20,643 nucleotides of DNA from a bacterium (GTDB taxonomy: Bacteria > RBG-13-61-14 > DATKZS01): the NCBI GenBank assembly GCA_046484135.1, contig JAWOBU010000255.1, positions 1 through 20,643 on the forward strand. The letters run 5' to 3'. The position numbers and the translations under genes were made by a program. Positions 1 through 8,410 of this stretch are shown piece after piece. The notes under the pieces were generated by a model. That model saw only the letters and a program-made list of their open reading frames with translations, was not told the origin of the DNA and searched no databases. Every line of letters begins with the position of its first letter. The first letter of the stretch is position 1.

Positions 1-2
1 CC

Positions 3-2204
3 CTTTTGCTCGGCATCCTGGAAGAGCTGGAAAAAAAGCCGGCGGCCGCTGATCAAATCAAAACGAAGAAAGCCCGGTCCTCCGCCGTCCAGGCGCTCCA
101 GGAGCTCGACACCGAGGTCCAGTACGTAAAAGGAGTGGGCCCCAGGCTCGCGGAGAAGCTCCAGCGCCTCGGTATCTACACGGTGAACGACCTTATCTTT
201 CATCTTCCCAACCGTTACGAAGACCGGAGACTGGTAAAAAAGATAAGAGACGTTCACGCAGGCGAGCGGGCAACCATCGTGGCCCAGATCATGGACTGCG
301 GCGTGGCCCACTGGGGGCGGGGACGGAGCGGATACCAGATGCTTCTTTACGACCACACCGGCTTTATCACCGCCAAGTGGTTCCACTACAACGGCGATTA
401 CCTGGAGAAGAAGTTCCCGCGCGGCCAGACGGTCATCGCCACCGAGGTCATCCGTCAGTCGGGCCGCAACCTGGTAATGACACACCCGGAGCTGGACGTG
501 TTCGACCCGGAAGGGGACGACGTTTCCGATCAGACAGGGGTGGTGCCGGTGTATCCACTTACCGAGGGACTTTTCCAGAAGACCGTGCGCAGGATTACCC
601 GCAACGCCCTCGAGACCTACAAGGACAGCATCCCCGAGATCATGCCGGAGGAGAACCTTCAAGCGCACGGCTTTCCCGGACTCGCCCGGGCCCTCCACGA
701 GGTCCATGTTCCTCCGGAAGACGCCGACCTTGAGGAGTTCAACTCCCACCGCTCTCGCGCCCATCGCAGACTCGCCTATGACGAGTTCTTCTTTCTCGAG
801 CTGGGGCTCGCGCTCCGGCGGCGCGGAGTGGTGGAAGAGCCGGCGGTGCCTATAGCTCCAGCCGGAGAGCTCTCGCGGAGGTTTTGTGATTCTCTCCCTT
901 TTGAACTTACCTCGGCCCAACAAAAGGTGGCGGACGAGATCGAAAAAGACATTGCCAAGCCCCATCCCATGCTCCGACTGCTACAGGGAGACGTCGGTTC
1001 CGGCAAAACGGTGGTGGCGGTGCTGGCCGCGCTCGCGGCCATCGAGGCCGGCTGTCAGGTGGCTGTGATGGCCCCCACCGAAATCCTGGCGGAGCAGCAC
1101 TTCCGGACCATCAGCAGTATGCTTTATGGCTTCGACATCGAGTGCGCGCTTCTGACCGGCTCGGTGCGCGGCCGCGAGCGGGAGGCCCTGCTTGAGAGGA
1201 TCGCAGGCGGCGAGACCTCGCTGGTTATGGGCACCCACGCCGTGATCCAGGAAAAGGTCAGGTTCAAGAACCTGGCGCTCGGGATCATTGACGAGCAACA
1301 CCGCTTCGGTGTCATACAGCGGGCGCGGCTTAAAGCCAAGGGGCCGGAAGGGGCCACGCCCCATCTTCTCGTGATGACAGCCACACCCATTCCGCGGACC
1401 CTGGCCATGACCGTGTACGGAGACCTGGCCGTGTCCGTGATAAAGGAGATGCCGCCCGGCAGACAGCCCGTGAACACCAGGGTCTACAAGGACAAACAGG
1501 TAAAAGAAGTCCTGGTAAAGATAAGGGAAGACCTTGCCGAGGGAAGGCAGGCCTACGTAGTCTACCCCCTGGTCGAGGAGTCGGAAAACATGGACTTGAA
1601 GAACGCCGGCGACATGGCGGCGTACCTCCAGGCCAAGGCGTTCCCCGACTTCCGGGTGGGACTTGTACACGGCAGGCTCCGCTCCGAAGAGAAAGAAGCG
1701 GTGATGCGCTCGTTCCAGCAGGGAGAGATTGACGTACTGGTGGCGACCCCCGTGATCGAGGTCGGAATTGACGTGGCCAATGCCACGGTCATGATGATAG
1801 AACACGCCGACCGGTTCGGGCTGAGCCAGCTCCATCAGCTCCGCGGCAGGGTGGGACGCGGCGAGCATCCGTCCCGCTGTTTCCTGGTCTCCGGTTTCAC
1901 CCGCTCGGAGGACGCCTGGCGCCGGCTCAAGGTCATGGAAAAGACCAATGACGGTTTCAAGATAGCGGAAGAAGACCTGGCCCTGCGCGGCCCCGGAGAG
2001 TTCTTCGGGACGCGCCAGTCAGGCTTGCCCGACTTCCGGGTGGCGAATATCATAAGAGACATGGACGAGCTACAGAAGGCGCGAGAAGACGCTTTCGACC
2101 TGGCCCGCCGCGATCCGGAGCTCTCCGAGCCTGAAAACGAGAAAATCGCGGCCGTACTTAAAAGAAGATGGGGAAAACGGCTCCGGCTGGGAAGCGTGGG
2201 ATAA
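3..2204 (+). CDS. recG: ATP-dependent DNA helicase RecG (probably 5'-partial; the frame is open to the window edge)
   Basis: Wedge-domain start VKGVGP...[11 protein letters not shown]2 motifs [49 protein letters not shown] motif [25 protein letters not shown]. Confidence 0.97.
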   Translation, partial: LLLGILEELEKKPAAADQIKTKKARSSAVQALQELDTEVQYVKGVGPRLAEKLQRLGIYTVNDLIFHLPNRYEDRRLVKKIRDVHAGERATIVAQIMDCGVAHWGRGRSGYQMLLYDHTGFITAKWFHYNGDYLEKKFPRGQTVIATEVIRQSGRNLVMTHPELDVFDPEGDDVSDQTGVVPVYPLTEGLFQKTVRRITRNALETYKDSIPEIMPEENLQAHGFPGLARALHEVHVPPEDADLEEFNSHRSRAHRRLAYDEFFFLELGLALRRRGVVEEPAVPIAPAGELSRRFCDSLPFELTSAQQKVADEIEKDIAKPHPMLRLLQGDVGSGKTVVAVLAALAAIEAGCQVAVMAPTEILAEQHFRTISSMLYGFDIECALLTGSVRGREREALLERIAGGETSLVMGTHAVIQEKVRFKNLALGIIDEQHRFGVIQRARLKAKGPEGATPHLLVMTATPIPRTLAMTVYGDLAVSVIKEMPPGRQPVNTRVYKDKQVKEVLVKIREDLAEGRQAYVVYPLVEESENMDLKNAGDMAAYLQAKAFPDFRVGLVHGRLRSEEKEAVMRSFQQGEIDVLVATPVIEVGIDVANATVMMIEHADRFGLSQLHQLRGRVGRGEHPSRCFLVSGFTRSEDAWRRLKVMEKTNDGFKIAEEDLALRGPGEFFGTRQSGLPDFRVANIIRDMDELQKAREDAFDLARRDPELSEPENEKIAAVLKRRWGKRLRLGSVG

Positions 2205-2216
2205 AAGGAGTGGTGG

Positions 2217-2843
2217 ATGGAGAAAAAAGGAGGATGTTGCGGATGCGTGGCAGCGGTGGGAGCCGGGTTTGTGCTCGGACTGGCCGCGCTTCTCGTAATC
2301 GGTTATTTCTGGGTCAACACCAAGGTGCTGTCCACCGAGCCCGTGAATTACCCCGAGCTTCAATGGACGGCCAAGGATGAAGCAGCCTTTACCGCAGAGA
2401 TGGAACCCGCCTTTGCCGCACTGAAAAACAACCGCGCTTCCGAGCACAAGATATCCCTGAACCCGAAAGAAGCAAACTACCTCGTAAAGGACAGCCTCCT
2501 GCAGGAAATACCCAACAGCGATGCAGAGCTTACCTTCGGCGACACTGCGCTCGTGCTCCGCTTTTCCGTGCCCTTGAGCAAAGAGTCAAACAAGTTCTTA
2601 AACGGAGAGCTAAAAACGCGCGTCTCGGGTTCCCGCGAGGATTTCGAGGTTGAGGTATACGGTGTGAGGACGGGCGATTATGACTGGCCGGAGACCACCC
2701 ACGCCTGGATGGCGTACTGGTTGCGGGGCTCTCTGGAGACCAACTCTTTCCTGGAGGGCGTGCCTGTTGTCATCGAGTCCTTTTCCCACGACCAGAAGGG
2801 ACTCGACATGAAAATATCCGTACAAAAACAGAAGGGACAGTAA
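2217..2843 (+). CDS. Hypothetical membrane-anchored protein, 208 aa
   Basis: SD-like AAGGAG upstream, 12 nt after the recG stop. N-terminal KKGGCCGC is followed by one hydrophobic helix and a soluble domain. No family recognised. Confidence 0.8.
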   Translation: MEKKGGCCGCVAAVGAGFVLGLAALLVIGYFWVNTKVLSTEPVNYPELQWTAKDEAAFTAEMEPAFAALKNNRASEHKISLNPKEANYLVKDSLLQEIPNSDAELTFGDTALVLRFSVPLSKESNKFLNGELKTRVSGSREDFEVEVYGVRTGDYDWPETTHAWMAYWLRGSLETNSFLEGVPVVIESFSHDQKGLDMKISVQKQKGQ

Positions 2844-3098
2844 TCACCTCTGCCGGTACTTGTCGCTGAGCTCCAGTATGTTACCTACCCGACCGACAGC
2901 CGGTTTCTCCAGGCCGGCGTGGATGGTCTCCGCATCGTAGTGCTCCGCCAGGAAAGAACCGATATCGAGCTTCACCGCCCAGCAGGAGATAATCAGCCGG
3001 CAGAAAGGTCTTCCGCAGGTACGGCAGTACTTGAAGGGAACGAAATCCCCCATCCTCGGGCAACGGATTTCCCGCTCATCGTACTGTTCAATGCCCAT
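2844..3098 (-). CDS. Small Cys-rich hypothetical protein, 84 aa (possibly metal-binding)
   Basis: MGIEQYDEREIRCPRMGDFVPFKYCRTC...FC...SCW. Start placed at ATG 3098 rather than 3149 because an extended -10 box lies 7 nt upstream. The stop directly abuts the stop of the convergent gene (TAA|TCA at 2841-2846). Confidence 0.75.
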   Translation of the reverse strand: MGIEQYDEREIRCPRMGDFVPFKYCRTCGRPFCRLIISCWAVKLDIGSFLAEHYDAETIHAGLEKPAVGRVGNILELSDKYRQR

Positions 3099-3105
3099 GT
3101 AATCG

Positions 3106-3114
3106 AGTGTACCA
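3106..3114 (-). promoter_or_regulatory. Putative extended -10 element (TGgTACACT) for the 84-aa gene
   Basis: The minus strand reads TGGTACACT-cgattac-ATG. Confidence 0.5.
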
Positions 3115-3166
3115 CCTTTTGCCGCTTGCCGTCCATTGAAAACCCTCATTCCCCTTTTGAGCCGGA

Positions 3167-4738
3167 TTATTCAGTCTTCTTCTTTTCCCCTTTGAAGGCC
3201 TTGTAAAAACCGCGGCCGGACTGGAGCGCTCGGAGGGCTTTCTTAAAGGGGTTTCGGCTGAACATGGCCTGCATGCCGTTCTTTAACAGGCCCTCCAAGT
3301 CCGGCGCCATGGGATAGTAAAAAGGCTCCTTTTCAAGGCCGCCCTTGTACTCGGTGATGGACTTTATCTCACAGAAGTTTTGCAGGCCGAGCCTTCCGTG
3401 ATACCTGCCCACCCCGCTGTTCTTGGCTCCGCCGAACGGTAGGTCCGGCACCGCATAAGTGATAAGGCAATCGTTTACGTTGATAGAGCCGGTCTTGATC
3501 TTTCCGGCGATGGCGCGGGCCTCCTCCATGTCCGAGCTGTACACCGCGCCGGACAGGCCGTACTCACCGCGGTTCACGAGGTCTATGGCTTCCTGCACGT
3601 TATCATAAGGCAAAACCGGCAGAAGCGGCCCGAAGGTCTCGTCCTTCATGACCTTCATATCAGGCGTTACATCAACCAGGACAGTGGGAGGATAATAAAG
3701 GCCCTCCCCTTCGCCGGCGGGCGCGCCGCCCGTAAGGACCCGGGCCCCTTTCTCGCGGGCGTCCGCTACCTGGTCCTTTACGAGTTCGAGCTGCGAGCGC
3801 ATGGTCATGGCCCCGATCTCGCCCGAGGTCTGGCCGTTGCGCAACTCCCCAATAATATCCAGGATCTTTTTCAAAAACTCCTCGTAAACGTTTCGTTCCA
3901 CCAAGCACATCTCGATCCCGATGCAGGTCTGGCCGCTGTTGGTGAACGCTCCCCAGGCCACTGAGGAAGCGGCCCGGCCAAGATCGGCCTTGCCGGTAAC
4001 AATGGCCGCGTCCTTGCCCCCGAGCTCCATGATGGTTGGGACAAGACGCTCGGCAGCCTTAAGGTTTACAGTGCGGCCCACCTCGGTCGAGCCCGTGAAA
4101 AAGAGCATGTCAAGGTCCGGGTGGTCAATCAGGGCCTGGCCGGTGACCGAGCCGCTTCCGGTAACCGTTTGAAAAACTCCTTCCGGCAGTCCCGCTTTTT
4201 GAAAGACCTCCTCCAGGATGAAACCGCAGCCGCTGGTCTGAGACGACGGCTTTAACACCACTGCGTTGCCCGCGGCAATAGCGGATATGGACGGCCCAGC
4301 GGAAAGGCTTAGCGGATAGTTCCAGGGAGAGATCACCCCTACCACTCCGCGGGGCTCGAACACGTAATAAGCCTTCCTGCCCGGAAACAAAAGCGGAACA
4401 TCAGCCTTTACCGGCGCAAGGTGCTTATGAAGTGTCTTCGAGTAATAGTGAAGAAGGTCGCAAGATGGGAAAACGTCCGCAATAAGCGCGTCCACCCTGG
4501 TCTTTCCGTTCTCGTCGGATATGATCTTCGCGTAACGCTCGGCATCATCAGCCAAGATGGACGCAGCCCGGGACAGAAAACGGCGGCGCGCTTTCAGCGT
4601 GCTTTGCGACCAGCTTTCGAATGCCTGTCGCGCTTTCTTCACCCTTAAATCAATGTCATCCTTGTCCATGAGCGCATAGGTTCCCACCAACTCACCGGTG
4701 GCCGAGCTCTTAACGTCAAAAGAAGGTTTTTCGCTCAT
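3167..4738 (-). CDS. NAD(P)-dependent aldehyde dehydrogenase family protein
   Basis: ISPWNYP, LKPS, FTGSTEVG, ELGGKDA (catalytic Glu), NSGQTC (catalytic Cys), ETFGP, PFGGAKNSG; SD GGAGG upstream. Substrate not determinable from sequence. Confidence 0.95.
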   Translation of the reverse strand: MSEKPSFDVKSSATGELVGTYALMDKDDIDLRVKKARQAFESWSQSTLKARRRFLSRAASILADDAERYAKIISDENGKTRVDALIADVFPSCDLLHYYSKTLHKHLAPVKADVPLLFPGRKAYYVFEPRGVVGVISPWNYPLSLSAGPSISAIAAGNAVVLKPSSQTSGCGFILEEVFQKAGLPEGVFQTVTGSGSVTGQALIDHPDLDMLFFTGSTEVGRTVNLKAAERLVPTIMELGGKDAAIVTGKADLGRAASSVAWGAFTNSGQTCIGIEMCLVERNVYEEFLKKILDIIGELRNGQTSGEIGAMTMRSQLELVKDQVADAREKGARVLTGGAPAGEGEGLYYPPTVLVDVTPDMKVMKDETFGPLLPVLPYDNVQEAIDLVNRGEYGLSGAVYSSDMEEARAIAGKIKTGSINVNDCLITYAVPDLPFGGAKNSGVGRYHGRLGLQNFCEIKSITEYKGGLEKEPFYYPMAPDLEGLLKNGMQAMFSRNPFKKALRALQSGRGFYKAFKGEKKKTE

Positions 4739-4869
4739 CCGTTCCCTCCATGGACAGCCGGTTTTTCGCGTCGGTCCGCTTTAGAGTTTTGTTCTTCCCT
4801 CCGACAAAGTATACTGGCCGGGTCCGGAACTTACGCCAATATAAACATTATAAAAAAGGTAAGAAGGAA

Positions 4870-6897
4870 ATGAAGAGAGTCAAATGCTTTTTCTGGTCCT
4901 TTGTTATCTGCCTTGTTATGTCAGTACAAGGCGATACAGCCGGGACCGGCATGAAAGCGCCAAACCCGGATTTAGGCGGGAGCCGGACCTCGGCCGTCCC
5001 CCTCTCGCAAGTTAAAGTCGAAGGCGGCTTCTGGGGACAAAAACAGGAGCTGGTCCGAAAGACCACCATGCGGGCGGAGTGGGAGCAGTTGGAGTCCCAT
5101 CACCACGTTGACAACTTCCGGGTTGTGGCGGGCGTAAAGGACGGCATCCACCGGGGCGCGGTTTTTCTTGACTCGGACCTCTACAAGTGGCTGGAGGCGG
5201 CCTCTTACTACATGGGAAAGCACCCGGAAGACCGGTGGCTTCGTGAAAGGGTGAACGAGGTTATAAGCCTTATTAACAAGGCGCAGATGAAGGACGGCTA
5301 CCTGAACACCTATTACCAGAGCTTTGCGCCTGACAAGAGGTTCACCAACCTGTGGATGGATCACGAGCTCTACTGCGCCGGACACCTCATGGAAGCCGCG
5401 GCAGCCCACGCCAACGCCACCGGCAAAAACGACCTTCTTAACCCCGCCCGAAAGTTCGCGGACCTCGTAAGCAATACCTTCGGCCCGGCCGGCAAAAAAG
5501 GAATGCCCGGACACCAGGAGATCGAGCTCGCTCTCATGCGCATGTACCGGCTTACCGGAGATTACAAGAACACCGCGGACTTCTTCGTGTATGAGCGCGG
5601 CAAGAGCGATGACTTTAAAAAAGAGCTTCTTAAAGACCTGCTCGCTCAAACAAGGCTTGCTGGAGAGGTTAAAAGAAAGAGAAAAGAGTACCTGGGAAGC
5701 GACTATGAAAAGCAGGGCTCTTACGGCGGCATACCTTATATCAAGCCGGTTCTTCTCGGCAGGATTCTCGAGAACTTCTACAGCGGCAAGTACTTCCAGG
5801 CCCATAAGCCTGTACTTCAACAAACGGTGGCCGAGGGACACGCGGTCCGGGCCATGTACTTTTACGCGGGAGCAGCAGAACTCTACCTCGCAAACGACGA
5901 CCGGCGACTTCTGAATGCGCTTGCCCGCATCCATGACAACACCACTCAAAAGAGGACCTACATAACCGGGGGAATGGGCGCGCTGCCGGTAATCGAAGGG
6001 TTCGGCAAGGACTACGAGCTTCCCCATAAGTCCTACTCCGAAACCTGCGCGGCCATCGGCAGCATCTTCTTTTCCTGGCGGATGCTCCAGGCGACCGGCG
6101 AAGCAAAGTACGCGGACTTGATCGAACGGACCCTGTACAACGGTTTTCTTGCCGCCCTTTCCCTGGACGGCAAACGCTTCTTCTACGAGAACCCTTTAGT
6201 CGCACGCGGGGAAACTGAACGCCGGCCCTGGTATCCGGTAGCCTGCTGCCCGCCCAACATAGCCAGGCTCATGGCCTCGCTCGGGAATTATGTTTACAGC
6301 GAAGATGGCAGCGGCCTGTGGCTGCACCAGTACGTAAGCGGAGAGGTCTCGTTCGGCGACAAAGGAGCGTCCCGCCTTGAAGTGGAAAGCGGCCTGCCCT
6401 ATCGCGGCAAGATAAAAATATCGCTTTTGCCGGAAGAGCCCGCCCGCTTTACGCTATACCTCCGGCAGCCGTCCTGGATAAGCCATCTCAAGGTCAGCGT
6501 AAACGGAAACCCGATCGAGTACGAACCGGAGCCGGGCAATTATCTGGACCTATCCAGGAAATGGAAAAAAGGAGACACAATAAAACTGGACATGGGAATG
6601 GGACCGCACCTGGTCCACGGCGACCCACGCGTCAAGGCCAATCGAGGCAGGGCAGCCATCATGTACGGGCCGCTGGTCTACTGCCTGGAGGATACGGACA
6701 ATCCAGGCTTGAACGTACACGAAACAGTGCTCGCAAGAAAACCGCGCTTGCGGGCCGAGTACAAGCCGGAACTTCTCGGAGGAGTGGTGGCTGTAAAAGG
6801 AAAGACGGAAAACGGCAAGACCTTCACCGCCATCCCTTACTATGCCTGGGCCAATCGGGACAAGTCGCACATGGAGGTATGGCTGCGCGCGAAGTAG
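4870..6897 (+). CDS. GH127 family glycoside hydrolase (beta-L-arabinofuranosidase-like) with signal peptide
   Basis: DSDLYKWLEAA, HELYCAGHL, GHQEIELAL, GHAVRAMY, YSETCAAIG, CCPPNIAR (HypBA1-type Glu/Cys3 Zn site) and a C-terminal AIPYYAWANR. ATG 4870 follows purine-rich AAGAAGGAA and gives a basic-then-hydrophobic N-terminus (MKRVKCFFWSFVICLVM). Confidence 0.92.
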   Translation: MKRVKCFFWSFVICLVMSVQGDTAGTGMKAPNPDLGGSRTSAVPLSQVKVEGGFWGQKQELVRKTTMRAEWEQLESHHHVDNFRVVAGVKDGIHRGAVFLDSDLYKWLEAASYYMGKHPEDRWLRERVNEVISLINKAQMKDGYLNTYYQSFAPDKRFTNLWMDHELYCAGHLMEAAAAHANATGKNDLLNPARKFADLVSNTFGPAGKKGMPGHQEIELALMRMYRLTGDYKNTADFFVYERGKSDDFKKELLKDLLAQTRLAGEVKRKRKEYLGSDYEKQGSYGGIPYIKPVLLGRILENFYSGKYFQAHKPVLQQTVAEGHAVRAMYFYAGAAELYLANDDRRLLNALARIHDNTTQKRTYITGGMGALPVIEGFGKDYELPHKSYSETCAAIGSIFFSWRMLQATGEAKYADLIERTLYNGFLAALSLDGKRFFYENPLVARGETERRPWYPVACCPPNIARLMASLGNYVYSEDGSGLWLHQYVSGEVSFGDKGASRLEVESGLPYRGKIKISLLPEEPARFTLYLRQPSWISHLKVSVNGNPIEYEPEPGNYLDLSRKWKKGDTIKLDMGMGPHLVHGDPRVKANRGRAAIMYGPLVYCLEDTDNPGLNVHETVLARKPRLRAEYKPELLGGVVAVKGKTENGKTFTAIPYYAWANRDKSHMEVWLRAK

Positions 6898-6965
6898 CGG
6901 GAAAAACCTCGAATGCCGAACAAGTGCATTTACAAGCGATAGAACACCGCAGAGGAGGAAAGAAA

Positions 6966-7472
6966 ATGGAAGAGACGGAAACTGACGAGGTTATTGAAAA
7001 AGCGGGCGAGCTGGGAGAGGAGTACGAGAAGACGTGCACGGGCTGCTCCCAGTCGGTGGTGGCCGCGCTCCAGGACGCGCTGGACCTGCCGAGTGGGGAG
7101 GTATTCAAGGCGGCGAGCGGTTTGGCTGACGGGATCGGACTTTCCGGCGACGGGTCGTGCGGCGCGCTCACCGGCGGGTCCATGATGATAAGCCTGGTGT
7201 TCGGTCGCGACCGCGAGCACCACCAGGACATGATGGCCGCGATGAATTCTTACCTTTTATGCAAGGAGCTTTACCAGGACTTCATGGACCGTTATGGAAG
7301 CTGCCGATGTTATGATATCCAACAGAAGCTCATGGGCCGGACCTTTGACCTGCTGGACCCGAAAGACCTGGAGGCTGCCGGCAAAGCCGGAATGATGGAA
7401 ACGTGCAGCAAGGTGGTGGCCGGCTCCGCGAAAAAAGCGGCCGAGATCATAACGCGGGAACGAGGCAAGTAA
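6966..7472 (+). CDS. C-GCAxxG-C-C family putative redox-active protein, 168 aa
   Basis: CTGCSQSV, GLADGIG, SCGALTGG, YGSCRC and a C-terminal ETC. Strong SD GAGGAGG before ATG 6966. The longer ORF from 6561 overlaps the GH127 gene. Confidence 0.88.
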   Translation: MEETETDEVIEKAGELGEEYEKTCTGCSQSVVAALQDALDLPSGEVFKAASGLADGIGLSGDGSCGALTGGSMMISLVFGRDREHHQDMMAAMNSYLLCKELYQDFMDRYGSCRCYDIQQKLMGRTFDLLDPKDLEAAGKAGMMETCSKVVAGSAKKAAEIITRERGK

Positions 7473-7492
7473 GGCGCAGATGAAAAAACGAC

Positions 7493-8410
7493 TCACTCGA
7501 GCCGGACCCGTGGATCGAGGAAAGTGTAGACGATGTCCACCACGAAGTTCATGAACACGATCAAAGTGGTGTACACGAGCGTGACTCCCATGATAAGCGG
7601 GTAGTCGCGGTTGGTTACCGCGGTGATAAAAAACCTTCCCATGCCGGGCACGGAAAAGATTTTCTCGACTATGAAAGAGCCGGTAATCAGCATGGCCACC
7701 AGCGGTCCCACCACGGTCACCACCGGCCCCAGCGAGTTCCTTAAAACGTGCTTTAGAATGACCCGGGCGCCGGAAAGCCCTTTGGCTCGCGCTGTGCGAA
7801 CGTAGTCCTTTTCCAGGACCTCGAGCATGCTCGACCGGGTAAGCCGCGCCAGGTAAGAAGCGGGCGCCAAGCCGAGGGTAATGGCCGGCAGAACCATGTG
7901 GCGCGGAGACTCCCACAGCGCCGGCGGCAGGAACTTCAGTTGATAGGCAAAAGCAAAGATAAGAAACGCGCCCAGCACAAAGGAAGGAAGCGCGATCCCG
8001 AGCGAGGCCCCGAAGATGGAAAGCCGGTCGAACACCGAGTCGCGCCATACCGCGGACACGATGCCCGCGGACACTCCCAGCACCACCGCGATCAGCAGGG
8101 CCAGGACTCCCAGTTGGGCGGACACCGGCAAGGTATCGGCCAGGATGTCCTGGACCCGGCGGTTCCTGTACTTGAAGCTGGGGCCGAGGTCGCCGTGTAA
8201 AAGGTCGGCCATGTAGTACTGGTACTGCTTCCAGACCGGCTCGTTCAAATGATACTTGGCCTCGATGTTCGCCTTGATCTCCGGCGGAAATGATTTCTCC
8301 TTGTCAAAGGGCCCGCCGGGAACGTTATGCATGATAAAGAACGTCAGGGTGGCCACCACAAAAATGACCAGCAGGCTGGACAGTATCCTGCCCGCCAGGA
8401 ACCTGGTCAT
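7493..8410 (-). CDS. oppB: Oligopeptide ABC transporter permease, OppB-like
   Basis: VPGGPF, GDLGPSFKY, EAA-loop EVLEKDYVRTARAKGLS, KHVLRNSL, C-terminal LDPRVR; 4-nt ATGA overlap with oppA. Confidence 0.93.
   Translation of the reverse strand: MTRFLAGRILSSLLVIFVVATLTFFIMHNVPGGPFDKEKSFPPEIKANIEAKYHLNEPVWKQYQYYMADLLHGDLGPSFKYRNRRVQDILADTLPVSAQLGVLALLIAVVLGVSAGIVSAVWRDSVFDRLSIFGASLGIALPSFVLGAFLIFAFAYQLKFLPPALWESPRHMVLPAITLGLAPASYLARLTRSSMLEVLEKDYVRTARAKGLSGARVILKHVLRNSLGPVVTVVGPLVAMLITGSFIVEKIFSVPGMGRFFITAVTNRDYPLIMGVTLVYTTLIVFMNFVVDIVYTFLDPRVRLE

Noticed and set aside
3..110. N-terminal extension of RecG before the wedge domain
   Set aside because: Extended RecG N-termini are known (for example Thermotoga), and the region is cut by the window edge.
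4750..4869. Longer GH127 start at 4750
   Set aside because: It would fill the divergent intergenic region and bury the signal peptide; ATG 4870 fits better.
6561..6965. N-terminal extension of the C-GCAxxG-C-C ORF (possible fusion or frameshift with GH127)
   Set aside because: It overlaps the intact GH127 C-terminus in another frame, and a strong SD supports ATG 6966.
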